A DNA stretch of 22,654 nt from Octopus sinensis (GCF_006345805.1 NW_021836798.1:1-22654), one strand, 5' to 3'; shown: positions 1 through 11,346, counted from the first letter of the stretch. The notes: a model not told the origin generated them from the letters alone. A program made the numbers and translations.

Positions 1-255
1 ATGTATGTGTTTGTATGCGTATATATGTATATATACATATATGTATGTATGTATATATATGTATGTATATATGTATGTATCTATGTATGTATATGTATAT
101 ATATGTATGTATGTATGTATATGTATGTATGTATGTATGTATGTGTATGTGTGCATATATATGTATGTATGTATATATGTGTGTATATGTGTGTGTATGT
201 ATGTTTGTATATATGTATGTATGTATATGTATGTATATATACATACATATACATA
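1..255. repeat. Compound (TATG)n/(TA)n microsatellite
   Basis: Direct read; it accounts for the MYVC-type N-terminus of ORF 1..1356. Confidence 0.97.
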
Positions 256-1438
256 CTTGGAGATTGGCTGCACAACTTCCTAAAAGACAGAAAACAGGCA
301 GTTGTGAGCAATGGAGCCACCTCCAAGGAAATGCAAATTACAAGCGGTGTCCCACAGGGCACTGTCTTGGGGTCACTGATGTTCATAGTGGCCCTTTCAG
401 ACATGCCTTCAGTTGCTACGATGACCACCCTTGCTAGCTATGCAGATGACACAAAAGTCTCCCACGCAATAAAAAACCCTGAAAATATTGCGCATCTGCA
501 ACATGAGCTGGACACAATATACAGGTGGGCTGAGGACAACAACATGCAGTTTAATGCAGGTAAGTTCCAGGCCCTGCGCTACTGGCACACAATGGTAAAT
601 GACGTGAAGACTGGATACACTGGCCCAGGAAGAATTGCAATCCCTGAATCAAAATCAGTGCGTGACCTGGGCATTGACATGAGCAATGATGCATCTTTCC
701 AAGTGCATATTGCTAATCTGGTGATAAAATGCAGACGGCTAGCTGGATGGATTCTCCGAACTTTCAGAACAAGAGAGAAGGAGACACTGATGGTCCTATG
801 GAAAACATTCGTCCTCAGCCGCTTGGACTACTGCTCCCAACTTTGGTCACCACACAATATAAAACTAACAGCAGAACTCGAAGCAATTCAGAGAAGCTAC
901 ACAAAGAAAATGGTCTCAATGCAAAATATCAGCTACTGGGAAAGACTGAAGGTATTAAACCTCTTCTCCCTAGAGCGGAGGCGGGAGAGATATGCGGTGA
1001 TATACATCTGGAAAATCCTGGAGGGTCTTGTCCCAAACTTTGGCATTCAAAGTTACTCCAACCGCAGAACGGGGCGCCACTGCATGGTGCCAAAGATTCC
1101 AACATCACCATCAAAATACAGGTCCAGATACTGCAACAGCTTGGGTTTCAGAGGACCACAGCTCTTTAACATCCTCCCTAAATGCCTGAGAGACTTACAT
1201 GGTGTGGATGTAGGTTTCTTTAAAACTAAACTGGATCTCTTCTTGTTGGGAGTCCCAGATGAACCTACCTCACGACAGGAGACGCGGATGCGGGCAGCAG
1301 CATCGAACTCCCTTGTTGATCAAGTGCCACGTATCAGAGGTGGATTCACAAATTAGTGTAGCTTATTCAGCGGTGGTACCCCAGCATGGCAGCGGCCTTC
1401 GGTCTAAAACATTTTTAAGAATTTAAGGATTTAAGGAT
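256..1438 (+). mobile_element. 5'-truncated CR1/L2-group LINE: ORF2 reverse transcriptase C-terminal half, 3' UTR and short-repeat tail
   Basis: Open frame 256-1356 has SGVPQGTVLG, YADDTK, WAEDNNMQFN, VRDLG, SRLDYCSQLWSP and SYWERLKVLNLFSLERRRER, which are typical CR1-group RT motifs. The 3' UTR has a small GC hairpin and an imperfect (TTTAAGGA)3 tail at about 1414-1438. Confidence 0.93.
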
Positions 1439-1590
1439 ATATGTATGTAAGTATATATATATATGTATGTAAGTATATATATGTATATATATATGTATGT
1501 ATGTATGTATGTATATATATGCATGTATGTATATTTATATATGTATGTATGTTATGTATGTATGTATGTGTGTATGCATTTATATATATG

Positions 1591-1629
<39 letters not shown>

Positions 1630-1867
1630 GTATATATATGTATGTATGTATATATATGTATGTATATATGTATGTATGAATGTATGTATATGTATGTATG
1701 TATGTATGTATGTTTGTATGTATGTTTGTTTGTATGTATGTATGTATGTATATATGTATGTATGAATGTATGTATGTATGTATGTATGTATGTATGTATG
1801 TATGTATGTATGTATGTATGTATGTATGTATGTATATATATATGTATGTGTGCATGTATGTATGAAT
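1439..1867. repeat. (TATG)n/(TA)n microsatellite
   Basis: Direct read. Confidence 0.97.
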
Positions 1868-2450
1868 GTCGTTGTTCAATTTTATTTCAAGATTTCTTGC
1901 CAATAGAGAAAGAGCCGGTTTCTTACCTAGATTCAAGGCTCCTTCATTGAAATTTCAACATCAGGGTATTTTTTTATGTATATGTGTATGTATATGTGTA
2001 GATTTATGTTTTACTTTATGTACGTCTTCTCATGCATATAGTTGCATATTTAGACATTTATATATATATATATTTAAATGATAAACTTCTGGAAAATTTT
2101 TCAGATTTTTACAGTTCCACTGATGGTTTGGATTTGTAGTCTTCGAATTAGCTTTCTCCTTTCTGGTTTTCAGAAGCCTAATTTCTCAAAGTTGATATTT
2201 TGGTAATGTGTTATATAAACCTGAACTTGTATTCTGGATAGAATAACTACAGATTTCTCATTAGTTCGTCATATGTACTCTCATATTTACTGATCTTCAG
2301 CTCTATGTTAACTCCCACTGGGCAACTAATTTCTACAACTGTACACAGTTTCTCTTCTCTATCCCAAATCATTATATCAGGTCTGTTGTGCTTACATTTT
2401 GTTGAGGTCTTCACTGATGTATGTAAATTAATTCATAAACCTGCATATAT
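1868..2450 (-). mobile_element. 3' end of RLE-endonuclease non-LTR retrotransposon (R4/Dong-like), copy 1
   Basis: Minus strand translates KCKHNRPDIMIWDREEKLCTVVEISCPVGVNIELKISKYESTYDELMRNL*LFYPEYKFRFI*, a PD..E..K restriction-like endonuclease. AATAAA (plus tttatt about 1881) is followed by a (TACA)n tail. Confidence 0.85.
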
Positions 2451-2511
2451 ATCTTTGTCTCACTACACACACAGATTAAAATTTGTTTTTAAGTTATAAA
2501 AACAATTTTTA

Positions 2512-2660
2512 TAAATATATATATATACGTATACATATATATATATGTATGTATTCATATATATATACATATGTATACATATATATATAGATATATATAT
2601 GTATGTGTATATATATATATGTATGTGTGTATACATATATATACATATATACATACATAC

Positions 2661-2737
<77 letters not shown>

Positions 2738-2738
2738 T
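2512..2738. repeat. (TA)n/(TACA)n followed by perfect (AGAT)n microsatellite
   Basis: Direct read; AGAT run about 2662-2737. Confidence 0.95.
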
Positions 2739-2895
2739 ACGTCGGGTCCTTCCAGTTCCAAATCCACGTACAAGTTTTGGGGTTTTTTGACCAACCCGTG
2801 ACTACAGTAGAAGGCCCTTTCGCAAGGTGTCACGCTCTGGGGCCGAACCCGGATCCATGAAATTAGGAAGTAACACACAGACCCACCTACGCCTA
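2739..2895 (-). mobile_element. Degenerate copy of the tRNA-derived SINE head seen at 7224-7737
   Basis: Aligns by eye with the ~173-bp units (caaatccac..caag..tagtagaa..caaggtg.cacgc..ggg.c.gaacccgg..ccatg). Confidence 0.7.
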
Positions 2896-2907
2896 TATGT
2901 GTATATA

Positions 2908-2969
<62 letters not shown>

Positions 2970-3055
2970 CATGTACACACACATATACACACACATCCTC
3001 ATTAATGTTGTTTACCGATGAAAATGAGAAATATGTCACGATAAGCTCACAAGTA

Positions 3056-3110
3056 AACTGAATATTAAGAATATTAAGAATATTAAACTGAATATTAAGA
3101 ATATTAAGAT
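3056..3110. repeat. Short tandem repeat (AATATTAAG)n with an AACTG spacer
   Basis: aactg-aatattaag-aatattaag-aatatta-aactg-aatattaag-aatattaag. Confidence 0.8.
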
Positions 3111-3285
3111 TGCGATAAACAACCTTGAGTCTAATCAATTTTTAGTTTATCGGGGTTTATTTGTTATTAGTATATTTTCTATCTTTCTAAAAATCATTAC
3201 AGTATAAATATTTTATGCGCTTAAGCAGCCATTTATTCCGCTAAATATAATCAGTTAATTTTAAGAATCGATTAGAAGATATTCA

Positions 3286-3700
3286 GGATATTTTCGGTTT
3301 GAACGGCAGCTTTTTCTAGCGGTGTCATATGAAATTGTCACCCATAATTATGACCTTTGTATCGATCTATTGCATTTCAATTTGTGTTTTAGGGTTAGGG
3401 GTGGGGGAGGGTATCTTTTTTCTTCAGAAATGTAAATAAGCCCAATCTGTTTCTTAAACGAGGGACATATTCATACGGCACAGAATGTGTTTTTTTTTAC
3501 CTCAATAGACGTCATTGATTGGTTGGAATTGCAGAAATTGAAGAAAAACAACAACAAATATCTTACAAATTATAGAATTTTCTCAATAAAAACAAGAGAA
3601 AAAGATGTTTTGTAAATATATTCTACCAGAATACGAAGTTTAAAAGGTTTTAGTTAAGTGGAAGTTACGTTAACTACTGCTGGTCAAACGGAAAAGATCC
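3286..3700. mobile_element. Complete non-autonomous DNA transposon (MITE), 415 bp, ~24-bp TIRs, 8-bp TSD; Merlin-like termini
   Basis: Left TIR GGATATTTTCGGTTTGAACGGCAG matches the reverse-complemented right end GGATCTTTTCCGTTTGACCAGCAG. Perfect TSD GATATTCA at 3278-3285 and 3701-3708. Confidence 0.88.
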
Positions 3701-3783
3701 GATATTCACAATCAGGAAACACGATTATCAAGTTATTGAATTTTTAAATAAAATCCCAAAGTTTATACATTTTTTTCATCAGT

Positions 3784-3903
3784 GAATGTGAGTGGCTTAG
3801 GTGTCAGGATTTGCATTCACGATCCTCTGAACGTGCGATCGATTCCCAGACAGGATGGAGTGTTGTATCCTTAAGACAGGCACTGCATTTCACGTTGCCC
3901 CAG
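3784..3903 (+). mobile_element. Degenerate tRNA-derived CORE-like SINE
   Basis: A-box-like gtggcttagg, B-box-like gatcgattccc, then tgttgtatccttaagacaggcactgcatttcacgttgc resembling a CORE-type domain. Confidence 0.5.
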
Positions 3904-4206
3904 GGCTGTGAAGGGGACTGGCATATCAATGAATAGGCCCAACATTTCGTCTGCGTTTTGTAAACGGAGATTAAAAGGGGGCGAGTTAAGCATTTGCACT
4001 TTGATCCCGTAAAACCCTCACTACCAACGACTGCCCTAACAGAACCATGGGTTGGAGGGTTGTCGCCTAAATGATACAAAGGCGTCGTCCGTCAGGGAAT
4101 CACTAGGAAATGGAGGGTGCAGCGACGCAGGGTAACACAGTATGTTCTCATATTACCTATCAAGTAAATGCAAGACAGCCATTTTCATGCAGATAGGTAC
4201 ATACGT

Positions 4207-4367
4207 TTATGTATGTATGTATGTATGTATGTATGTATGTATGTATGTATGTATGTATGTATGTATGTGTGCATGTATCTATGTATGCATATATGTATGT
4301 ATGTATATATGTACGTATGTATGTATGTGTGTATATGTATGTATGTATGTATGTGTGTGTGTGTATG

Positions 4368-4401
<34 letters not shown>

Positions 4402-4621
4402 TGTATGAATATATATGTATATATGTATGTATGTATTTATGTATATATGTATGTATGTAGGTATGTGTATGTATGTATGTATGTATGTATATATATATAT
4501 ATATATGTGTGTATGTATGTATATATATGTATGTATGTATATATATATGTATGTGTGTTTGTATGTATTTATATATGTATGTGTGTATATATATGTATGT
4601 ATGTATATATATGTATGTATG

Positions 4622-4654
<33 letters not shown>

Positions 4655-5108
4655 ATGTATGTATATGTATGTATGTATTTATATATGTATGTATTTATAT
4701 ATGTATGTATGAATGTAAGTATATATCTGTATGTATGTATATATGTGTCTGTATGTATGTATGTAGATATGTATGTATGCATGTATGTATGTAGGTATAT
4801 GTATGTATATATGTATATATATATATGTACGTATGTATATATGTATGTATATATATGTGTGTATGTATGTATATATATGTATGTATGTATGTATATGTAC
4901 GTATGTATATATATCTATGTATATGTATGTATGTATACGTATGCATGTATGTATTTATATATGTATGAATGTATGTATATGTATGTATGTATGTGTGTGT
5001 ATGTATGTAGGTATGTATATAAGTATATATGTATGTATAAATGTATGTAAGTATATATGTATGTACGTATGTATTTATGTATGTATGCATGCATGTATGT
5101 ATGTATGT
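4207..5108. repeat. ~0.9-kb compound (TATG)n/(TA)n microsatellite
   Basis: Direct read. Confidence 0.97.
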
Positions 5109-5657
5109 CAGGTCAATTCGAGGGCCTTGGTAACACGTAATCCAGTACAGCCTGTGGCATTGTCGGGTAGTCGGCAACTAAACCGGCAACCCCACCAAGC
5201 TTCTTTGGTGAGGAGGGTGTTTATTGTACACCCTGCCGGATGAAAAACAAAACCCGTTAAAGGGCGGAGGAACTCTTGAGTGTCAACGGCCATCCAATAA
5301 ATGTCTTAAGGCTGTATCATGCGCGGAGACATAGAAATAATCGGACTGAATAGCCGATCGCGCGGTTAAGCCACCGGGAGTGAAGGTGTCCTAGATTTTG
5401 TCAGGGCATCCTTCTAGGAGAAGGTAACTCAGGTAACTGTGATTACTCCGACAAAAACCTGCAGCTCAGTGGTTACCGAGTAAGTTGAATGTTCTACTAT
5501 TCGGATTATGGTTGCTGTTGCTTAGTGAGTGGTATTGACTCGGTGCACAGCCTTTCCTTACTAAAAAAAAATCACCTGGCCTAGCGTTGCACGATAACAA
5601 CATTGATTAAGCTTCGTGCAATGGCCATACTCGATAACGAGGGGGCAGCCACCATTT
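5109..5657 (+). other. GC-richer, hairpin-rich non-coding island; probable 5' UTR of a non-LTR retrotransposon
   Basis: About 50% GC between two AT-rich satellites, with several stems (see findings). ctaggagaaggtaactc resembles LINE 5'-UTR motifs. It ends in GCCACCAT. Confidence 0.45.
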
Positions 5658-5778
5658 GTGTGTGTATGTATGTATGTATGTATGTATGTATGTACGTATG
5701 TATGTATGAATATATGTATGTATGTATATATATATGCATGTATGTATGAATGTATGTATATATATATGTATGTATGTA

Positions 5779-5810
<32 letters not shown>

Positions 5811-6157
5811 CATGTATGTATGTATATATATGTATGTATATGTATGTATGTATGTATGTATGGATATATATGTATGTATATATATGTATGTATGTATGTA
5901 GTTATGTATGTAGGTATGTATATATGTATGTATATATATGTATGTATGTATATATATATATGTGTATGTATGTATATATGTATATATGTATGTATCTATG
6001 TATGTATGTATATATATGTATGTATGTATATTTATATATGTTTGTATGTATGTATAGGTATATATGTATATATATGTATGTATGTATGTATATATATATA
6101 TATATGTATGTATATATATGTATTATGTATGTATGTATGTATGTATGTATATATATG

Positions 6158-6189
<32 letters not shown>

Positions 6190-6383
6190 TATATATGCAT
6201 GTGTGTATGTATTTATATATATGTATGTATGTATATATATGTATGTATGTATATATATGTATGTATGTATATATATGTATATATGTATATGTATGTATGT
6301 ATGTATGTATGTATATATGTATGTATGGTTGTATGTATATATATATATATATATGAATGTATGTATGAACGTATGTATATATG

Positions 6384-6414
<31 letters not shown>

Positions 6415-6450
6415 TTATGTATATATGTATGTGTGCATGTATGTATGAGT
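5658..6450. repeat. ~0.8-kb compound (TATG)n/(TA)n microsatellite
   Basis: Direct read. Confidence 0.97.
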
Positions 6451-7031
6451 GTCATTGTTCAGTTTTATTTCAAGATTTCTTGCCTATACTGAAAGAACCG
6501 GTTTTTAACCTAGATTCAAGGCTCCTTCATTGGAATTTCAACATCAGGGTATTTTTTTATGTATGTGTGTATGTATATGTGTAGATTTATGTTTTGCTCT
6601 ATGTACGTCTTCTCATGCATATAGTTGCATATTTAGACATTTTTATATATATATTTAAATGATAAACTTCTGGAAAGTTTTACAGATTTTTACAGTTCCA
6701 CTGATGGTTTGGATTTGTAGTCTTCGAATTAGCTTTCTCCTTTCTGGTTTTCAGAAGCCTAATTTCTCAAGATTGGTATTTTGGTAGTGTGTTATATAAA
6801 CCCGAACTTGTGTTCTGGATAGAATAACTACAGATTTCTCATTAGTTCGTCATATGTACTCTCATTTTTACTGATCTTCAGCTCTATGTTAAGTCCCGCT
6901 GGGCAACTAATTTCCACAACTGTACACAGTTTCTCTTCTCTATCCCAAATCATTATATCAGGTCTGTTGTGCTTACATTTTATTGAGGTCTTCACTGATG
7001 TATGTAAATTAATTCATAAACCTACATATAT
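6451..7031 (-). mobile_element. 3' end of RLE-endonuclease non-LTR retrotransposon (R4/Dong-like), copy 2
   Basis: Near-identical direct copy of 1868-2450, including NRPDIMIWDREEKLCTVVEISCP and the same stops. Confidence 0.85.
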
Positions 7032-7039
7032 ATTCTTTG

Positions 7040-7737
7040 GAAGCCTAGTACTTATTCTATCGGTCTCTTTTGCTGAACCGCTAAGTTACGGGGACGTAAA
7101 CACACCACCATCGGTTTCAAGCGATTTTGCAGGGACAAACACAGACACACAAAACACACACACACACACACACATACACACACATACACACACATACACA
7201 CACACACACACACATACATATATACGACGGGCTTCTTTCAGTTTCCGTCTCCCAAATCGACTCACAAGACTTTGGTCGGCCTGAGGCTATAGTAGAAAAC
7301 ACTTGCCCAAGGTGCCACGCAGTGGGACTGAACCCGGAACCATGTGGTTGGTTAGCAAGCTACTTACCACACAGCCACTCCTACACCTATAATATATACG
7401 ATAGGCTTCTTTCAGTTTCCGTCTACCAAATCCACTCACAAGATTTTGGTCGGCCCGAGGCTATAGTAGAAAACACTTGCCCAAGATGCCACGCAATGGG
7501 ACTGAACCCGAACAATGTGGTTGGTTAGTAAGCTACTTACCACACAGCCACTCCTACACCTATAATATATACGACAGGCTTCATTCAGTTTCCGTCTACC
7601 AAATCCACTCACAAGACTTTGGTCGGCCCAATGCTATAGTAGAAAACACTTGCCCAAGGTGCCATGCAGTGGGAATGAACTCGGAACCATGTGGTTGGTA
7701 AGCAAGCTACTTATCTCACAGCCACTCCTATGCCTAT
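7040..7737 (-). mobile_element. tRNA-derived CORE-like SINE with internal (CA)n tract and triplicated 5' head
   Basis: Minus strand reads ggagtggctgtgtggtaag (A box), ggttcagtccc (B box), ccttgggcaagtgt (CORE-like). Units start at plus 7224, 7398 and 7571; body/3' part is 7040-7150. Confidence 0.88.
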
Positions 7738-7739
7738 AA

Positions 7740-7901
7740 AAATTCTTTACGTACGTTGAAAATTCTTATTTTGTAATTAACAAAAGAGTACACGCAGGAG
7801 TGAGACCATTTTGCTGTGAGATATGCAGGAAATCATTCATGAAAGACAGTACTTTAGCCATTCACAGACAATTACATATCAGAGAGATGCCTTTAAATTG
7901 A
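7740..7901 (+). pseudogene. C2H2 zinc-finger gene remnant
   Basis: Translates KFFTYVENSYFVINKRVHAGVRPFCCEICRKSFMKDSTLAIHRQLHIREMPLN*: one complete CxxC-12-HxxxH finger with an HTGEKP-like linker; no start, 5' end abuts the SINE. Confidence 0.8.
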
Positions 7902-8010
7902 AACACCTTCTGATGAAGGACCCTTTTACCTTCCACTTTCCTCCTGCACTCTCTCGTTTTCTCAACAAACTAACTTGAAATTTTGATGGAAGGTTTTCAT
8001 TTAGATCACT

Positions 8011-8137
8011 TTAACCCTTTCGTTACCATATTCTGTTGAAGAACACTGTCTTTGTTTCAATTAATTTTGAAAATAAGGGATAATTTAGTAAAATAACTTT
8101 ATCCCTATTCAGCTGGTGTTTGGAGCATAAATTAACA
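8011..8137 (+). mobile_element. Possible piggyBac-like MITE end
   Basis: TTAA|CCCTTTCGTTACC terminus pattern; no partner terminus found in the window. Confidence 0.4.
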
Positions 8138-8141
8138 TATA

Positions 8142-8279
8142 TTAAACATGGATTCGTTTGTTTAAATTTCCATCAGAAATAAAGTATTTCCCACAAACTT
8201 CACAAAGACAAGGGCGTTCTCCTGCGTGAGGTCTTTTGTGAATAACAAGATTTGATTTCTGAGTAAAGGATTTCTCACA
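8142..8279 (-). pseudogene. C2H2 zinc-finger gene remnant
   Basis: Minus strand translates [45 protein letters not shown]; the second finger lacks its first His; 5' end abuts the SINE at 8281. Confidence 0.82.
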
Positions 8280-8280
8280 A

Positions 8281-8786
8281 CAGAACGTAACGGCAGACGA
8301 AATACGGCTACGCATTTTGCCCGGCGTGCAAAAGTTTCCGCCAGCTCGCCGCCTTTAGCGGACGAAATACCTATTTATTCACTACACAAAAAGGGGCTAA
8401 ACACAGAGGGGACAAACAAGAAAAGACTAATGGATTAAGTCGATTATATTGATCCCAGTGCGTAACTGGTACTTAATTTATCGACCCCGAAAGAATGAAA
8501 GGCCTAGTCGACCTCCGCAGAATTTGAACTCAGAACATAGCAGCAGAGGAAATACCTACTTCTTCACGACCCAGAGGGGGCTAAACACAGAGGGGACAAA
8601 CAAGGACAGACAAAGGGATTAAGTCGATTATATCGATCCCAGTGTGTAACTGGTACTTAATTTATCGATCCCGAAAGGATGAAAGGCAAAGTCGACCTCG
8701 GCGGAATTTGAACTCACAACGTAGCGACAGATGAAATATCGCTAAGTATTTCGCTCGGCGTGCTAACGATTCAACCAGCTCACCGA
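8281..8786 (-). mobile_element. tRNA-derived SINE (Meta/MESC-like central domain) with tandemly duplicated body, plus an extra head fragment
   Basis: Minus-strand head aggcggcgagctggc; gagttcaaattccgccgaggtcgactttgcctttcatcctttcggg.tcgataaattaagtaccag. Two ~182-bp body units at about 8356-8537 and 8538-8720; head-only piece 8281-8354. Confidence 0.85.
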
Positions 8787-9177
8787 GAGAGAGGGTGGGT
8801 TGAATGGTTGTATAGATCACAAATCTTAAAATGTTTGTAGAAGTCCTTTTAATCGTTGGTTCGGTCAGTTGCTAAATAAGATTCCTTACGGTGGAGTCCC
8901 TCCTTTAACATTAATGTTGTATGTTGTAGTTGATATAGAGAACAAAGTGTTTCAGAAATATGACAGACAAGTCTTTTTCTCAGATGAAAAATTTTTTATT
9001 TAACAACAATAAAATAAATAACTGAGTCACAGAGGAAAAATTACAACAGCAAAGAAACAACATAGAATAATCACTCTTTGAATATTACATTGGGAAAGCA
9101 AATACATAAACTTGTCTTTGTGTGCAACAGAATGTTTCAGAAAATATATTAAGCATAAGAAGAGAAAAAAGATGCAA

Positions 9178-9356
9178 ATGTGTGTGTGTGCGTGTGTGTG
9201 TGTGTGTTGTGTGTGTGTGTAGTAAGATCAAAATGAGGGTGAAAAATTGGATATTAATTTAATAACATCAGTTTCAACACGAGTGGTTTAGCTTATAAAA
9301 AACTGAGATTCGGTAATTAGTATTTCATACACACACACACACAAACACCCACACAC

Positions 9357-9388
<32 letters not shown>

Positions 9389-9397
9389 GTGTGTATG

Positions 9398-9437
<40 letters not shown>

Positions 9438-9598
9438 CGTGCGTGTGTGTATATATATATGTATGTATAGGTATATATATATATATAGATATAATATATA
9501 TATATATTATATATGTAGTATATATATTATCTATATATATATATATATAATATATATATATATATATTAATATATATGTATAGATAGATATACATATA

Positions 9599-9631
<33 letters not shown>

Positions 9632-9638
9632 ATGTGTG
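9178..9638. repeat. (GT)n, (CA)n, (TA)n, (TATG)n microsatellite cluster
   Basis: Direct read, with a short non-repetitive interruption at about 9222-9325. Confidence 0.9.
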
Positions 9639-10277
9639 ATAAATGTCTTGCATTTCCGAGTTTTAAAAACGGTGTATGCTGGTGAAAGATAAACTTTGAA
9701 ATAAGGAATTTAACAATACATCAGTTATTAAATTGTAAAAAGTGCGAGTGAGTCAGCATAGGGATCAGTTAAAAACACTACAACGGACAGGTCACTTGTT
9801 AGATTCTGACCGTGTGAGAAGGTTTTTATCGTAACCTAACGAGTGAAAAATAAATACTTGTAATAATATATTAGTGTAAGTTTAAAGGATAATTCCATCC
9901 CAGCAAATTGTTATTTTTTTTTACATGTATTACCATGTACCAAAATATTTCAATTCAGTTCCAATAAAGTAGTGTCAACAATCGTGAAGAATACGTGCAA
10001 AATATATATACATATATATATACATATATTTATTGCTTTTACTCTTTTTTCTTCTCTCTTTTTTGCTTTTAATTTTTTCATTTGTGTTTTCTGTTTAGTT
10101 CAATTTTCTAATTTAATCTTTTAAAACGGTAAACACTGTGAAGGCAATAAATTACGAAAAAAAGTGTAAGACACAAGCAAGTTTTTTCTAAACAAACTTG
10201 GAGTATTTCGTTTTTGGATTTGGTTTGCAAGATTCTTTATGTGAGTTCGTGTGTTGAAGCATATTCTGTTGTGTCTG

Positions 10278-11051
10278 GGGAGAGTCATTTTCTTTTTGTG
10301 CCTTATAACACACTCACTGGTAAAATTTCCACTTAAAATCTTAAAATCATTTCGTCTTGCAACCTTTTCAATAGTCCTGACTCTGTCCGTTATTTACGCT
10401 GCGTTCCCTTTTGCTTTTTTGTGTTCATGTGTGTGAGGCAGTGTGTGTGTGTGACTATACATGCATGCATGCATGCATGTATGTATGTATGTATGTATGT
10501 ATGTATGTATGTATGTATGTATATATGTATGTCTGTGTGTGTTTGCATGTGTATGTATATATGTTTGTGTACGCATATGTATATATGTATGTGTGTGTAT
10601 CTCTATGTATGTATCCTTCATATTTATGAGCTTGCATGTCGGTGTTTGTGTATTTCCTATGTATGTGTGTGCAAGCGTGTGTTTGTATATGTATGCACTT
10701 CTGTCTCCTTGTGTGTGCATGTCTGTGTGTGTGTGTGTTATGCAACTATGTACCATGTTTGTATGTATGGTTGTGCATCTTTATATGTGTGGATCCTTGT
10801 CTCCATATTTGTCTGTTTATACACGCATGCATGTATAGTCACGCACAACACACACACACACACACTGATTTACACACATGCGCACAAACAAACAAAAGGG
10901 AACGCAGTGTAAATAACGGACAGAGTCAAAACTATTGAAAAGGTTGCAAGACGCAACGAAAATTTTAGGAAAATTAAAAATAAGAAATAAGTGGAAATTT
11001 TACCGGTGAGTGTGTTACATAAAAAGGCACAAAAAGAAAATGACTCTCCCC
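10278..11051. mobile_element. Inner inverted repeat (~190/225-bp arms) of Penelope-like terminal-repeat fragments
   Basis: 10278-10468 is the reverse complement of about 10825-11051 (gggagagtcattttctttttgtgcc ... ggcacaaaaagaaaatgactctccc). Arms contain hammerhead motifs. Mirrored at about 12610-13398. Confidence 0.75.
10932..10968 (+). ncRNA. Minimal type I hammerhead ribozyme motif, U3:A8 core variant
   Basis: CTA-TTGAAAA-G-GTTGC-AAGAC-GCAAC-GAA-AATT-T-TAG: stem I CUA/UAG, core UUGAAAA, 5-bp stem II, GAAA, palindromic AAUU stem III. Confidence 0.6.
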
Positions 11052-11176
11052 AAACTTGGAGTAGATGTGCCAAAAACATGTAAAATAAACAGTAAATGTA
11101 GACGAAAAACAAAACAAAAAACACAAAAAGACACCCAAAACTTACACTATTGAATTCAATTTTATTTTATCAATAT

Positions 11177-11196
11177 ATATGTATATATAAGATATG

Positions 11197-11233
<37 letters not shown>

Positions 11234-11310
11234 GTATATCTATATATATATGTGTATATATATATATATGTATATCTATATATATATGTGTATATATATA
11301 CCATATATAC

Positions 11311-11346
<36 letters not shown>

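Larger units (their letters stand above)
10029..11176 (+). repeat. Left arm of ~1.15-kb near-perfect inverted repeat
   Basis: Reverse complement of 12488-13646 over its whole length (tttattgcttttactc ... gaattcaattttattttatcaatat). Confidence 0.95.

Noticed and set aside
3389-3400. Interstitial telomere or chromosome-fusion scar
   Set aside because: Only two TTAGGG units, and they lie inside a MITE.
3905-4140. GC-richer segment, possibly a LINE 5' UTR
   Set aside because: Not enough recognisable motif to call.
7910-7935. CTGATGA hammerhead core
   Set aside because: No GAAA after a stem II.
7224-8786. Regularly spaced repeats as a CRISPR array or tRNA genes
   Set aside because: Units are 170-180 bp with no unique spacers and no full cloverleaf; they are SINE-derived in a eukaryotic context.
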